From NCBI GenBank assembly GCA_965220745.1, contig CBDCQT010000013.1:800001-864000 (forward strand): 64,000 bases of DNA, read 5' to 3'. A model generated the notes under the pieces. It was not told where the DNA came from, did not search any database, and saw only the letters and a program-made list of their open reading frames with translations. Below, one piece after another: positions 21,237 to 31,842 of this stretch. Origin of the DNA: Alphaproteobacteria bacterium (GTDB taxonomy: Bacteria; Pseudomonadota; Alphaproteobacteria; UBA828). How positions within the stretch are numbered: the stretch's first letter is position 1; the number at the start of each line of letters is the position of its first letter. A program made the translations under genes and the position numbers.

Positions 21237-21562
21237 GACCCCGGACCATGGTGCGGGCGACTGATGGCGGCGCCGGGTCTAGGGTGAGGGGTGCCGCCAT
21301 GACCGTGGTCCGAGATCGGAGTCGGGTCGATGACTGAGGACCAATTACGATTACAAGCGATTGCGACCAAAACCCCGGTGACACCATCGACCAGACGGCC
21401 CACATGGCGCAGGACATGATCGACAGGCTGCTGCGCTATAGTGACTTGGTGGCCTGGGGACATGGTGTTCTCATGTACCCATATATGGGATAAGCTCACA
21501 CGCTCTCGGAGGCGGCGGACGCACCACCGCCTGCGGGGCGACGCACGGAAAGGAACAGGCCG

Positions 21563-21826
21563 ATGGGCGAACCGCAAGGGCGGTTGCTCGCCGAGGAAAT
21601 CGAATTCTACGAGAAGAACAAGGACCGGTTCATCCGCGAGCACACCAACCGTCATCTACTCATCAAAGGGAGTGAGTTGATTGGAACCTTTCCCACGGCA
21701 GATCAAGCAATTGGAGAGGGCGTGCGCCGCTTTGGTACAGGCCCTTTTTTGGTTAGATTAGCTGGAGAAGACACCCCCACTATAACCGCACCCGCACTTG
21801 TGTTGGGATTGCTGTGCCAATCATAA
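21563..21826 (+). CDS. Small DUF5678-like protein
   Basis: EIEFYEKNKDRFIREH..LLIKGSELIG..AIGEG..FG..PFLVR; AAAGGA RBS. Confidence 0.7.
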   Translation: MGEPQGRLLAEEIEFYEKNKDRFIREHTNRHLLIKGSELIGTFPTADQAIGEGVRRFGTGPFLVRLAGEDTPTITAPALVLGLLCQS

Positions 21827-22287
21827 ACTTGAGGGCTGAGAGCAGGAACGAAAAGGGCGAAGTAAGACCGGCGCCTGAAGCCCTCGCCCTTAGCGGCCCC
21901 ATCCTTCCTGTAACACTAACACTTTCAGATGCGAGTCAAAGAGCCTATAGCGAGCAGGGAAAACCGCTGCCGGAAACTGTCAGCGGACTTGCGATGATTG
22001 ACACAGGCGCAACCTCTACATGTTTCGACCAGGACTCAGCACGGGCTGCTGGTCTTCCCGTAGTTGGTACGGCGAAAATGTCTTCTACGACGCACGCAGA
22101 TCAAGAAATGCCTGTGTTTGCGGGTAAGATGATGATCGCAGGACAAATTGTAATTGATGTAGATAGGGGAATGGGAGCTAACCTTTCGTCATTTGACGGT
22201 TTAGTGGCCTTGATCGGGCGGGACCTACTGTCGTCGGCTGTATTCACTTATAATGGGCCAGATGGTTCTATTTGTATAGCAATTTGA
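21814..22287 (+). CDS. Retropepsin-like (clan AA) aspartyl protease
   Basis: AMIDTGA catalytic motif; ALIGRDLL; overlaps the upstream gene by 13 nt; AT-richer than flanks. Confidence 0.82.
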   Translation: MPIINLRAESRNEKGEVRPAPEALALSGPILPVTLTLSDASQRAYSEQGKPLPETVSGLAMIDTGATSTCFDQDSARAAGLPVVGTAKMSSTTHADQEMPVFAGKMMIAGQIVIDVDRGMGANLSSFDGLVALIGRDLLSSAVFTYNGPDGSICIAI

Positions 22288-22408
22288 CGGTAACAATTTC
22301 AATTGATGTATGCATATTTTAGAAGAGGTATTGGCTAAAGGTTAGCGGATAGAACGAATACAGTTTCGCATAACTCACTGTTGTAAAGTGTAGATTACCC
22401 AATATTTC

Positions 22409-23407
22409 TTACACTGGGGCGGGCTCCAACCAGGCGCTGAAGGTCTCGCGGATCCTCGCGTCGTCTGCGCCTCCCATCAACAGGAGTGTAAGCAGCAGGC
22501 GGGCCTTGAGCCCGTCGAGCCAGCCGGCGCTGATCAGCCCGCGCGCCAGCAGGTCGATCTCCGAGCCCTTGAAGTCGTAAGTCTGGCGCAGCATCTCGCC
22601 CGCCCCGGTGCGGGATGCCATGACCACCGGCACTTGCGCGGCCGCGTCAGCGAGCTTGTCGGCGACCCACGCCGCAGCGTGACCCCCGCCGGTGCATTCC
22701 ATCACGATCCCCCGGTAGCCCGCCTCCAGCGCGCGCTCGATCAACCGGCCGTCGTCGCCGAGCGTCACGGTAAGCAGCGCCACCGGCACGACCTCGGCGT
22801 CCCGCGCCACCGCGACGGTGCGGCGCGGGCCCGGCCGGCCGGCGAGCCGGGGCGCGCCCTCCGCGAACCAGCCGAGCGCCCCGGCCGGCATCGAGCGGAA
22901 GGCGGCCGGGTTCGAGGTCACGCCCTTCTGCACGTAGCGCGCGGCGTGGATTTCGTCGTTCATCACCACCATGACGCCGAGGCCGCGCGCGGGCTCGTGC
23001 ACGGCGAGGCGCACGCTGTTCAGCAGGTTCGCCGGCCCGTCCGGCCCGGCGAGCGTCGGGTTGCGCATCGCGCCGGTCAGCACCACCGGCGCATCCAGCG
23101 CCAGGACGCGGTCGAGCACGAAGGCCGATTCCTCCATCGTGTCGGTGCCGTGGGTGACCACCACGCCGCGGGCGCCGTCGGCCACGGCCTGCTCGATGGC
23201 ATCGGCCAGCGCGAACAGGTCGGGGATCGTGACCTCCGGGCTCGGCAGCAGGCGGAAGGTCTCGGCCTCGATGGACGCGACCTCGGCAAGCTGCGGCACC
23301 GCCTCCACCAGCGCGTCGGCGCCCAGGGAGGGTTTGACACCGTGTTCCCCACGCTCGGCCATGGCGATGGTCCCGCCCATGGCGAAGATCGCGACCCTGG
23401 GAAGCAT
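22409..23407 (-). CDS. L-asparaginase family protein
   Basis: MGGTIAM, VVTHGTDTMEE, LTGAMR, DGPANL. Confidence 0.93.
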   Translation of the reverse strand: MLPRVAIFAMGGTIAMAERGEHGVKPSLGADALVEAVPQLAEVASIEAETFRLLPSPEVTIPDLFALADAIEQAVADGARGVVVTHGTDTMEESAFVLDRVLALDAPVVLTGAMRNPTLAGPDGPANLLNSVRLAVHEPARGLGVMVVMNDEIHAARYVQKGVTSNPAAFRSMPAGALGWFAEGAPRLAGRPGPRRTVAVARDAEVVPVALLTVTLGDDGRLIERALEAGYRGIVMECTGGGHAAAWVADKLADAAAQVPVVMASRTGAGEMLRQTYDFKGSEIDLLARGLISAGWLDGLKARLLLTLLLMGGADDARIRETFSAWLEPAPV

Positions 23408-23417
23408 GGCGTGCGCC

Positions 23418-23993
23418 TCAGCCGCGCAGCCAGGTCTCGGACCAGGCCAGGCAGCAGGAGCTCGATGGACGCCCGAACATGACGTTCTCGTAAGCCCCAC
23501 CCTGCGCGCGCGTTCCCGCGACCTCCAGTGTCGCGGTCCGGCACGGCACGAGGCAGCTATAGACCGCCCACGGCCCCGTGTCGTCGTTGTTAGGCGGCAA
23601 CGTGAGCATGAAGGGCTCGCCCATGTCGGACCAACTCAGCTCGATGCGGCCATCGGCCGAGTCGACGATCTCACGATAGGTGGAGCGGAAGGCGCCCTCG
23701 CGCGAAAACGCCGCTTCGGCGATCGGCATGGCGGTGTCGGCGAAGGGCGGGTTCAGGATCGACTCCAGCTCGCCCTGAAGCCACCGCGCCATGCCGACAT
23801 TGTCCGCATAGAGCCTGACTTCGCCGCCGGTGGCGTCGGAGCGGAGGAAGAGGCAGGTGCCGGGACCGGCCGGCGAGATCAACGTGCGCCAGTGGGCGCA
23901 GACGGTGGTCTCCGGCCCATCGGCCTCGGTCTTGAGCCGCAGGAAGGAATTCTCCCCCGTGAAGTGCACCGTGTTCGGATCGATGGCTGGCAT
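23418..23993 (-). CDS. Hypothetical beta-rich protein
   Basis: AGGAGGAG RBS; coding-like codon use; FTGENSF, SCCLAWSETW. Confidence 0.75.
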   Translation of the reverse strand: MPAIDPNTVHFTGENSFLRLKTEADGPETTVCAHWRTLISPAGPGTCLFLRSDATGGEVRLYADNVGMARWLQGELESILNPPFADTAMPIAEAAFSREGAFRSTYREIVDSADGRIELSWSDMGEPFMLTLPPNNDDTGPWAVYSCLVPCRTATLEVAGTRAQGGAYENVMFGRPSSSCCLAWSETWLRG

Positions 23994-24032
23994 TGCGGTC
24001 GTCTCCTCCTTGATGCGTTTCCCAGAGCTTAA

Positions 24033-24077
24033 CCCGCAATTCTCACCGCAGACCATGACCGTCGTTAGAAATGCGGG
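24033..24077. repeat. Internally deleted copy of the palindromic element at 49298-49403
   Basis: cccgcaattctcac|cgcagaccatgaccgtcgttagaaatgcggg. Confidence 0.6.
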
Positions 24078-24103
24078 CCAGGATCGGCTACTCTGACCGG
24101 GCG

Positions 24104-24739
24104 ATGAACCGCTCCGTCACGCGCCGATTGGCACTGGCCGGGCTGGCCGCCGCCGGAGGCGCTGCTGCGGCGCCCTTCGTCGCCCGCACCGGCTGGGCCT
24201 CCTTGGGCTACACGTTCAAGGGCCCGGCAGCCGATCGCGGCCTCGGGCTTGCGCCGCCTGCGGCTTGCACGCCCGGCACGCGCGCACGGAGAGCGGGGCC
24301 GTTCTACACGCCGCAGACGCCGCGGCGGACCACACTGCGCGAGCCGGACACGCGCGGAGAGACGCTCATCTTTGAAGGGCTGGTGCTCTCGCACGATTGC
24401 CGCCCCTTGGCCGGTGCCGTGATCGACATCTGGCATTGCGATGAGGACGGCCGCTACGACAATCGAGGCTTCCGCTATCGCGGGCATCAGTTCACCGATG
24501 AGGCGGGCGCATTCCGGTTCGAGACCATCCGGCCCGTGCGCTATTCCGGCCGCACACAGCATATCCACGTGAAGGCGCAGGGCGAGCGGACCGACGTCTT
24601 CACCACCCAGGTCTTCTTTCCGGACTTGCAGGAGGCGAACGCCCGCGACCGAATTTTTCGGGACGACCTCGTGATGCACCTCGACCGTGCCGGAGACACG
24701 TGGCGCGGGCGCTTCGACTTCGTGCTCCCGCCGGCCTGA
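24104..24739 (+). CDS. Intradiol ring-cleavage dioxygenase-like protein, Tat-type signal
   Basis: TRRLALAG; GPFY, DIWHCDEDGRY, YSGRTQHIHVK. Confidence 0.88.
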   Translation: MNRSVTRRLALAGLAAAGGAAAAPFVARTGWASLGYTFKGPAADRGLGLAPPAACTPGTRARRAGPFYTPQTPRRTTLREPDTRGETLIFEGLVLSHDCRPLAGAVIDIWHCDEDGRYDNRGFRYRGHQFTDEAGAFRFETIRPVRYSGRTQHIHVKAQGERTDVFTTQVFFPDLQEANARDRIFRDDLVMHLDRAGDTWRGRFDFVLPPA

Positions 24740-24963
24740 GACCGCGCCATCGAGCTTTCGATTGTTGCGGCCCGGACGCGGGAGTACACTGATTCGCGCA
24801 GCCGGGGTGTACGGGAAGGACTTCGGTTGAATCGGCTGGTAGGTGCGGGCTCGCGTTCGTCGCACGGGTGGCGACGCGAGCATGACGGAGCGCCGGCGCA
24901 ACAATAACAAGAAGAGCCAGGCGCGCTCCCTTCGCCGGCAGCCGAGCGGGCAAGGGGGCGACC

Positions 24964-26277
24964 ATGACTCAGACGCTGTTCACCAACATCTCAATCTTCG
25001 ACGGCTCCGGCAAGAAGTCCTACCGGGGCGAAGTTCTGGTCCAGGGCAACCGCATCAAACAGGTGGTCAAGGGCAAGAAGCGCATCGAACGGAACGGCTC
25101 GGACGTGGTGGACGGCGGCGGCGCGACGCTCATGCCGGGCCTGATCAACGGTCACTCCCACATCGGCTATTCAGAAGAGGGGACGTCACTCTACTCCCTC
25201 GGCGATACGCCGCCCGAGGAGAACACGCTGATCACGATGCAGCACGCCCAGATCCTGTACGACCACGGCTTCACGGCCCTGGTCTGCGCCGCGACGGGCA
25301 AGACCCGCATGGACATCGTGATTCGCAACGCGGTCAACGCCGGTCAGATCGAGGGGCCGCGCATCCTCGCCGCCTCGCCCGAGCTCACGGTCACCGGCGG
25401 CCTGGGCGATGCGCGCCAGCTCCACATGTACCACGGGGCATTCTCGATCATCTGCGACGGCGAGGAGCAGTTCCGCCAGACCGCGCGGATGCTCTGCCGC
25501 GAAGGCGTCGACATCCTCAAGATCATGCCGTCGAGCGACGAGTTCGTTTACCCCTATGGCAGGGGCGACACGACCGTGATGACCGAAGAGGAGGTCGCCG
25601 CGGTCTGCCAGGTCGCCAGGCAGCGCAACCGGCGCGTCTGCGCCCACGCGCGGACCTCGGAGGCGGTCCAGTTCTGCCTGAAGTACGGCGTTCACATCAT
25701 CCACCACGCGACCTACGCCGACGACGAGACCATCGACATGCTGGTGGCGGCCAAGGACGAGGTCTTCGTCGTGCCGGCGATCGGCATCACCCACAACACG
25801 GCCTACGAGTCCGCGGAATTCGGCATGCCGCCGGAGTCCGAGATCGCGCTCAGGCACCACCACGAGCTCGCCATCGTCAGCGAAACCGTCAAGAAGCTGC
25901 ACGCCCGCGGCGTCCGCGTGCTGCCCTTCGGCGACTATGCCTTCGCCTGGGTGCCGCACGGCACGGACGCGCGCGACTTCGAGCACTTCGTGAACTACTT
26001 CGACTTCACCCCCGCCGAAGTGCTGCACGCCGCCACCAAGCTCGGCGGCGAGCTCTACGCCCACGCCAACGCGCAGGGCAGCGGTATCCCCGAGATGGGC
26101 GAGGTCAAGGAGGGCTATCTCGCCGATCTCATCATGATCGACGGCGACCCGCTGGCGGACCTCACGCTGTTCCAAGACAAAAACAACATCCTGATGATCA
26201 TGAAGGACGGCGCGTACCACAAGCCGCCCCAGCCGCGGCGCGGTGCGGCTCGCCGGGTGGCCGCCGCGGCGGAGTAA
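24964..26277 (+). CDS. Metal-dependent amidohydrolase (prolidase-like)
   Basis: LMPGLINGHSH, ILK, AHA, IHHA, GDY, GYLADLI. Confidence 0.9.
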   Translation: MTQTLFTNISIFDGSGKKSYRGEVLVQGNRIKQVVKGKKRIERNGSDVVDGGGATLMPGLINGHSHIGYSEEGTSLYSLGDTPPEENTLITMQHAQILYDHGFTALVCAATGKTRMDIVIRNAVNAGQIEGPRILAASPELTVTGGLGDARQLHMYHGAFSIICDGEEQFRQTARMLCREGVDILKIMPSSDEFVYPYGRGDTTVMTEEEVAAVCQVARQRNRRVCAHARTSEAVQFCLKYGVHIIHHATYADDETIDMLVAAKDEVFVVPAIGITHNTAYESAEFGMPPESEIALRHHHELAIVSETVKKLHARGVRVLPFGDYAFAWVPHGTDARDFEHFVNYFDFTPAEVLHAATKLGGELYAHANAQGSGIPEMGEVKEGYLADLIMIDGDPLADLTLFQDKNNILMIMKDGAYHKPPQPRRGAARRVAAAAE

Positions 26278-26427
26278 AGCGCCAGAGCGCGTCCGACTTT
26301 GACGGACGCGCGATAGGCCGCGACCGCGGCCCGCCGCGAATGCGGCGCCCTCGCGGAGGCGCCGGCCGTCGCGCCGACAGGCGCGCGGAATCGCAAGACG
26401 GCCGGCTGCCGTGAGCGATAAAGGCGA

Positions 26428-26456
26428 GAGCGTTTCCGTGCGCGACGGAAACGCTC
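26428..26456. terminator. Perfect hairpin between convergent genes
   Basis: gagcgtttccgt-gcgcg-acggaaacgctc, 12-bp stem. Confidence 0.6.
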
Positions 26457-27334
26457 AAGCCGAAGCAATGTCGCGGCGCTCGATCCCCCGGTGGAGGTAG
26501 AGCAGCCCCACGATAGCGACGCTCACGGCGCCGAGGAGCCCTAGGCCCGCGTCGAACCCGCTTGTCAGGTCCCACATCGCGCCGATCACGAGCGGCCCCA
26601 GCACGCCGCCGATCTCCGCCGCCGAGAAGAACAGGCCGACCGCCGCCCCGGTGTTGCGGGGATCGACGCCGCGCGTCTCCATCAGGACCAGGATCAGGAC
26701 CGCGATCAGCGAGCCGCGGCCGATGCCCTGCAGCACCATCGCCACCACCAGCGCCGGCACGCCTGTGGCCAGCAGCAGCAGCGCGCCCGCGCCGGTGCAA
26801 AGCGCGAGCGCGATGAGGATCGCGAAGCGCCTGGGCGGCGTCGAGAGCCTCGGGATCATCAACGCACCGGCGATGCCGACGGCCGTCGGCAGGGCCGACC
26901 AGATACCGGCCTCATCCGGCGCCATGCCGCCCGTGCGCAGCATCTCCGGCAGCCAGTTGGCGAGCGCGTGATGCAGAAAGAAGGCGCCGATGCTCATCGC
27001 CAGGATGACCTGAATGTTCGGCAGGCGTAGCAGCGCACCGAAGACGGCCATCTGGCCCGCGATGGTCTCGCGGCGGAGCCCGGCCTGCTCGACCACGCGG
27101 TTGATCGGGTGGCTTCCGAGCAGGAACCAGGCGATTCCGCAGGCGAGGATGAAGCCGGAATAGATCAGCAGGACCAGGCGCCAATCCCCGTCGAGGAACG
27201 GCATCAGGACGCTGTTGGTCAGCGCCAGCGCGAGGATGTGGCCTAAGAAGGGGCCCGTGATATAGACGCCCATGGCGAAGCCGCGCTCGGCACCCTCGAA
27301 CCATTGCGCGATCGCCTTGGGTGCGCCGATCGAG

Positions 27335-28304
27335 CCAGCCGTGCCAGGAGCGGGCCTCGCAGTGATCGAGGCCGAGGTCGTCCTTGGCCCGCTGAAAGCA
27401 TTCCTCGATGGTCCAGCGCAGACCGGCGGCGCCTGCCAGCTCGGCAAGGCTCGTGGCGACGGGACAGAAGACAAGATAGTAGGCCCGCTTCTCCGGGTCT
27501 TTCCGGGAGCGGCGGATCAGGAGCCAGCGTTGCCAGCCCGAGGGGCAGTCCCAGGGCAGAGCGAACCGCGCCCAGTGGTAGAGCCGCAGACCCTTGCTGC
27601 CCTCGCCGGCGGCATGGGCCGACCAGGCGTCGTGGTCAAGACCGTCGGCGATCTGAGCAGGGGGTCGTTTCAATCAAGCCCGCGGCGTCGATGAAGCGCA
27701 GATGATGGTTGCTGCGTATCGCCAGCACGTAGGCCTGTCCTCGCTCCTCCAGCATGGAGCGCAGGCCGAAGTCCGACCCGTAGACCGCATCGGCCAGGAC
27801 CCACGCACAGGGAACGCCCGCATCCAGCGCGCGATCTCCCGTGCCAGCGCGGGCTTGGTGGCGAAGGTCAGGTCGGCCGGGACATCCGAGGCCCAATCCT
27901 TCGGCAAGTACAGGCGCCGGTCGATCAGGGCCTGGCCGAAACGGCCGGAGGCGAGAAAGACACCGACCTGGCTGTTCTCGATGCGGCCGCAGTCCCCGTG
28001 TACTGGCGTGCGACCCCGACCGAGTGACGCCCCTTCTTCAGAAAGCCTGTCTCGTCCACCACCAGGACGCCGTCCTCGCAACCGAGCGCTTCCACGACAT
28101 AGGCACGCACCTCGTCGCGCAGCGCGTCAGCATCCCACAGGAGGCCCTGGATCCGCCAGGGACGTTCAAAGCCCGCGTGCTCCGACAGCATCCATCCGGT
28201 CTTGCGCGCAATCCCCGACGCCATCCAGAAACGCGCTTCCCGTCTCGCGAAGCTCGCGCCGGCCGAAGAGGCCAAGACGCGCAGCGACGACAGCGAGGGA
28301 ACCG
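27335..28304 (-). mobile_element. IS701 family transposase, truncated and multiply frameshifted
   Basis: RKTGW, WDADALRD, VVDETGFLKKG.HSVGVARQY, RRLYLP, FATKP, ADAVYG, RWTIEECFQRAK..LGLDHCEARSWHGW. Confidence 0.9.
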
Positions 28305-28348
28305 GCCACGATATAGACCAGCGGCCAGGCGCCCAGAATGGCGCCCAT
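28305..28348. repeat. 44-bp perfect direct duplication of MFS sequence 28526-28569
   Basis: gccacgatatagaccagcggccaggcgcccagaatggcgcccat at both positions. Confidence 0.9.
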
Positions 28349-28883
28349 GGGTGCGCCGTCGAGACAAGCGGGCCGCCGATGCCGAAAAGCCCGACCGCCA
28401 CGAACATGGTGACGGCGTCGACGGCGACGACGCGCAAGCCGCCCGAGGCGGTGATGATGAGCGCGGCCAGAAACAATGACCACTTGAGCCCGACACGGTC
28501 GACGAAGGCGCCGCAGGGCGCGGCCGCCACGATATAGACCAGCGGCCAGGCGCCCAGAATGGCGCCCATTGTCGTATAGCTGAGGCCGAGATCGCGGCTG
28601 ATGGGGTCGACCAGCGGCGCCATCGCCAGCGACAGCAGGCCGAAGCCGAAATAGATCAGCCACACCCCGCCCAGCATGGCCCAGCGATAGCCATGCTCGT
28701 GGGGCGGTACAGTGGGTGAGGGGGGAGCGACTGGCGGCACGGGGCGCGACCATAGCGACTGGGACGCGCAAGGCATAGACAGGCGCCCGGGACGCTACGC
28801 AGGGCGGCTCAACTGGGGCTGTAGCCGGCACCGGCTCGGTGGCATCATTGCTGTGCGACACGCGCGGACAGAAGGAGGGCGGC

Positions 28884-29924
28884 ATGTCGGGCAATCACGT
28901 CGATCTCAGGAGCGACACGGTCACGCGGCCCACAGCGGCCATGCGCCAGGCCATGGCCGAGGCAGAGGTCGGCGACGAGCAGCGCGGCGAGGACCCCACG
29001 GTCAACGCGCTCCAGGCGCGCGTGGCCGCGATGCTGGGCAAGGAGGCGGGGGTCTTCCTCCCCTCCGGCTCCATGTGCAACGAGATCGCGCTGCTGGTGC
29101 ACTGCCGCCCTGGCGAGGAGGTGATCTGCGATCGCACGGCCCACATCATCACGTCGGAAGGCGGTGGCCCGGCGGCGCTCGCCGGCGCCATGGTGCGCCC
29201 GCTCGACGGCGAGGCCGGCGTCTATTCGCCGGAGCAGCTTGCCGATGCGGTCCGTTCCGTGACCCGCTATTCGCCGCGCTCGCGGCTCGCCGTGGTCGAG
29301 CAGACCTCGAACCAGGGCGGCGGCACGATCTGGCCGCTGGAGACCATCGAGGCGGTGGGAGAGACGGCCAAGGCGCACGGGCTGCTACTGCACATGGATG
29401 GCGCGCGGCTTCTCAACGCGGTGGTCGAAACCGGCGTGGACGCGGCCCGCTACGCCGCCCCCTTCGATTCCGTCTGGGTGGACTTCAGCAAGGGGCTCGG
29501 CTGCCCGGTCGGTGCCGTGCTCGCCGGCTCAACCGAGTTCATCGAGGCCGCCTGGCAGTGGAAGCAGCGCCTCGGCGGCTCCATGCGCCAATCCGGCATC
29601 CTCGCCGCCGCCGGGCTCTATGCGCTCGACCATCATGTCGCGCGCCTCGCCGAGGATCACGCCAATGCCCGCAGCCTCGCCGACAAGGTGCGCACGCTGT
29701 CGCAGCTCAGCCTCGACCAGCGGCGGGTCGACAGCAATCTGGTCTTCTTCGATTGCACCGAAACGGGGCTGAGTGCGTCCGATCTCTCGGAGGCGCTACG
29801 GGCCAAGGGCGTGCTGATCGGCGCCGTGGGCCGCCACCGCCTGCGAGCGGTCACGCACCTCGATGTCGATGCGGCGGCGGTGGATGCGGCGGGCGAGGTG
29901 CTCGAGGCGGTGGTCGGAGGGTAG
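28884..29924 (+). CDS. ltaE: Low-specificity L-threonine aldolase
   Basis: [33 protein letters not shown]. Confidence 0.92.
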   Translation: MSGNHVDLRSDTVTRPTAAMRQAMAEAEVGDEQRGEDPTVNALQARVAAMLGKEAGVFLPSGSMCNEIALLVHCRPGEEVICDRTAHIITSEGGGPAALAGAMVRPLDGEAGVYSPEQLADAVRSVTRYSPRSRLAVVEQTSNQGGGTIWPLETIEAVGETAKAHGLLLHMDGARLLNAVVETGVDAARYAAPFDSVWVDFSKGLGCPVGAVLAGSTEFIEAAWQWKQRLGGSMRQSGILAAAGLYALDHHVARLAEDHANARSLADKVRTLSQLSLDQRRVDSNLVFFDCTETGLSASDLSEALRAKGVLIGAVGRHRLRAVTHLDVDAAAVDAAGEVLEAVVGG

Positions 29925-29955
29925 GGGAAGGGGCCTGCAACGCCCCCGTCGGGTA

Positions 29956-30588
29956 TCAGCGCAGATAGAGCCCCAGGTACTGCCGGATCGCCTTCTCCTG
30001 GCTGGCGTTGTAGTCGTGAAGTAGCGCCCGCACGACCTCGTCGTAAGTCCGCTCGCGCTCCGCGAGCGTGATGCCTTCCAGCAGCGTGCGGGAGCGCCGG
30101 GCATCCGCCGTGGCACTGCCGTTCACCTGGCCGCTCCCGTCGATCGCCTCGATGGTCACGCGCAGCCGCACGTCGAGCCGCTCGGCTTGTTCCTCCGTGA
30201 ACAGGCCCTTGAGGTCGGTATTGGTCGCGAGCGGCGTGATCCTGGCGCTGGCTTCCTCGATCGTTACCCGCAGCAAGCCGACATGCCCGCTCGTCCGCAG
30301 CCGGTCCTCCGCCCAGAGCCGCGCGGCGACAGCCGGCGGGGTCGAGAAGAGGTGATCGACATCGGAGGGGTGCGGCGTGGACCTGCGCTCGACGACCTCG
30401 ATCCCGCCCAGGTCGAACACCAGCGGCGGCAGTGCCGCGAGGGAGAGGGGCTCGCTCTCATAGCTCGGCGGCGGCTGGCAGGCGGCGACGATCGCCGTCA
30501 CCGCAAGCATCGCGGCACCGGCAAGACCCGCCCGCACGAGACCGCGCCGCGATGGCGGAAGACGTTTTCCCAACCTCTTGCCGTTCAC
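29956..30588 (-). CDS. Hypothetical lipoprotein
   Basis: AGGAGG RBS, GTG start, hydrophobic stretch, VAAC lipobox. Confidence 0.75.
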   Translation of the reverse strand: MNGKRLGKRLPPSRRGLVRAGLAGAAMLAVTAIVAACQPPPSYESEPLSLAALPPLVFDLGGIEVVERRSTPHPSDVDHLFSTPPAVAARLWAEDRLRTSGHVGLLRVTIEEASARITPLATNTDLKGLFTEEQAERLDVRLRVTIEAIDGSGQVNGSATADARRSRTLLEGITLAERERTYDEVVRALLHDYNASQEKAIRQYLGLYLR

Positions 30589-30770
30589 ACTGTGCCTCCT
30601 CTGACGGCGGCCATTTTCATGCCTGACCGCGAATCGACCCATGACGTTGCCGCCATAGGTGCGCACCGGCGCCCCGCAATTCAAGTCGGGTCGAGAGAGG
30701 AGAGGCACGAGGAATGGCCCGCACGGCGCGCGCTGCGCTACACTCGGCCGCGGCGACGGAGAGGCGCCCC

Positions 30771-31574
30771 ATGATGCCGACACAAGCCGAGATCGAGGCC
30801 TATCGCACCGACGGGGTGGTGTGCCTGCGCGGGGTGATCGACCAGGACTGGATCGAGCGGCTGCGCGAGGGCGTCGCCGCCGACATGGCGGAACCCGGCC
30901 CCCATGTCGAGATCTACACCGAGGACTCCGACCCCGGCCTCTTCTTCAACGACTTCGACCTCTGGCGCCATGTGCCGCAGATGAAGGCGTTCGCCCTGGA
31001 GGGGCCGTGCGCCGGGATCGCCGCCGCGCTCTCTGGCGCGTCCACCATCACCTTCTTCTACGACCAGGTGTTCGTGAAGGAGCCCGGCACCGAAGGCCTC
31101 ACCCAGTGGCACCAGGACCAGCCCTACATGGCGGTGGACGGCCAGCAGTTCTGCTCCAACTGGATCCCGCTCGATCCGATCACGCCGGAGACCACTCTGG
31201 AGTTCGTGAGGGGCTCCCACCTCTGGGGGCGCTGGTTCGCGCCCTTCGACAGCATGCTGGACGGCGTCCGTCATCCCGGCACCGCGTTCGAGCGCTGCCC
31301 GGATATCGAAGGCGCGCGCGAGGACTACGACATCGTCTCGTGGGACCTGGAACCGGGAGACTGCATCTTCTTCCAGGGGCTGATCGTGCACCAGGGCCGC
31401 AACAACCCCACGCGCGATACTCGACGCCGCACCCTGACCCACCGCTGGCTCGGCGACGACATCCGCTTCATTCTGCGCGAGCCGCCGGCCGAGTTTCCCA
31501 AGCATCCCACCGCGCTCCGCACCGGCCAGCCCTTCCACGAAGATCCGCAGTACCCGGTCGTCTGGCGGGCGTAA
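30771..31574 (+). CDS. Phytanoyl-CoA dioxygenase family Fe(II)/2OG enzyme
   Basis: YRTDGVV, WHQD, WIPLD, GSH, PGDCIFF, VH, RR. Confidence 0.9.
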   Translation: MMPTQAEIEAYRTDGVVCLRGVIDQDWIERLREGVAADMAEPGPHVEIYTEDSDPGLFFNDFDLWRHVPQMKAFALEGPCAGIAAALSGASTITFFYDQVFVKEPGTEGLTQWHQDQPYMAVDGQQFCSNWIPLDPITPETTLEFVRGSHLWGRWFAPFDSMLDGVRHPGTAFERCPDIEGAREDYDIVSWDLEPGDCIFFQGLIVHQGRNNPTRDTRRRTLTHRWLGDDIRFILREPPAEFPKHPTALRTGQPFHEDPQYPVVWRA

Positions 31575-31611
31575 GCCTGGCCGGCCCGCTTTCCCGTTCC
31601 CGCGCCATCTG

Positions 31612-31771
31612 CTAGAGCACGATCCGATCGAACCGGATCGCGTCGGCTCGGGCGACACCCACCTCTTCCTGTCCCTCTCCCCCCCTCAAGGGCGGAGAGG
31701 GAACGCAGGCGGGACCGGCCTTCTCTCCCTCTCCTCCCCGCCGGGGAGGAGAGGGCCGGGGAGAGGAGGGG
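31612..31771. repeat. Cluster of alphaproteobacterial REP/RIME-like palindromes
   Basis: ctagagcacgatccg..cggatcg; ccctctcccccc..gcggagaggg; ccctctcctccccgccggggaggagaggg. Confidence 0.65.
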
Positions 31772-31842
31772 GCCGGACCGTCGCGATCCCGTAAGGTCCG
31801 GGATTTCTCTGGGCACGGCGCACGGTCACAAAGGAGCAGGCG

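Larger units (their letters stand above)
26455..28776 (-). pseudogene. MFS transporter (CynX-like) interrupted by an IS701 remnant
   Basis: 5' half ..GAFVDRVG..GIGGPLVS (to about 28360) and 3' half SIGAPKAIAQWF.. (from 27333) join into one MFS; start uncertain. Confidence 0.85.

Noticed and set aside
21374-21494. HicB-like fragment PGDTIDQTAHMAQDMI
   Set aside because: Too short, with no start or partner; may be chance.
24899-24914. A-rich caacaataacaagaag leader motif (Hfq-site-like)
   Set aside because: Single short occurrence; not enough to call.
31612-31790. Repeat cluster considered as CRISPR or ncRNA
   Set aside because: No regular repeat-spacer units and no cas genes; fits ordinary REP-like palindromes.
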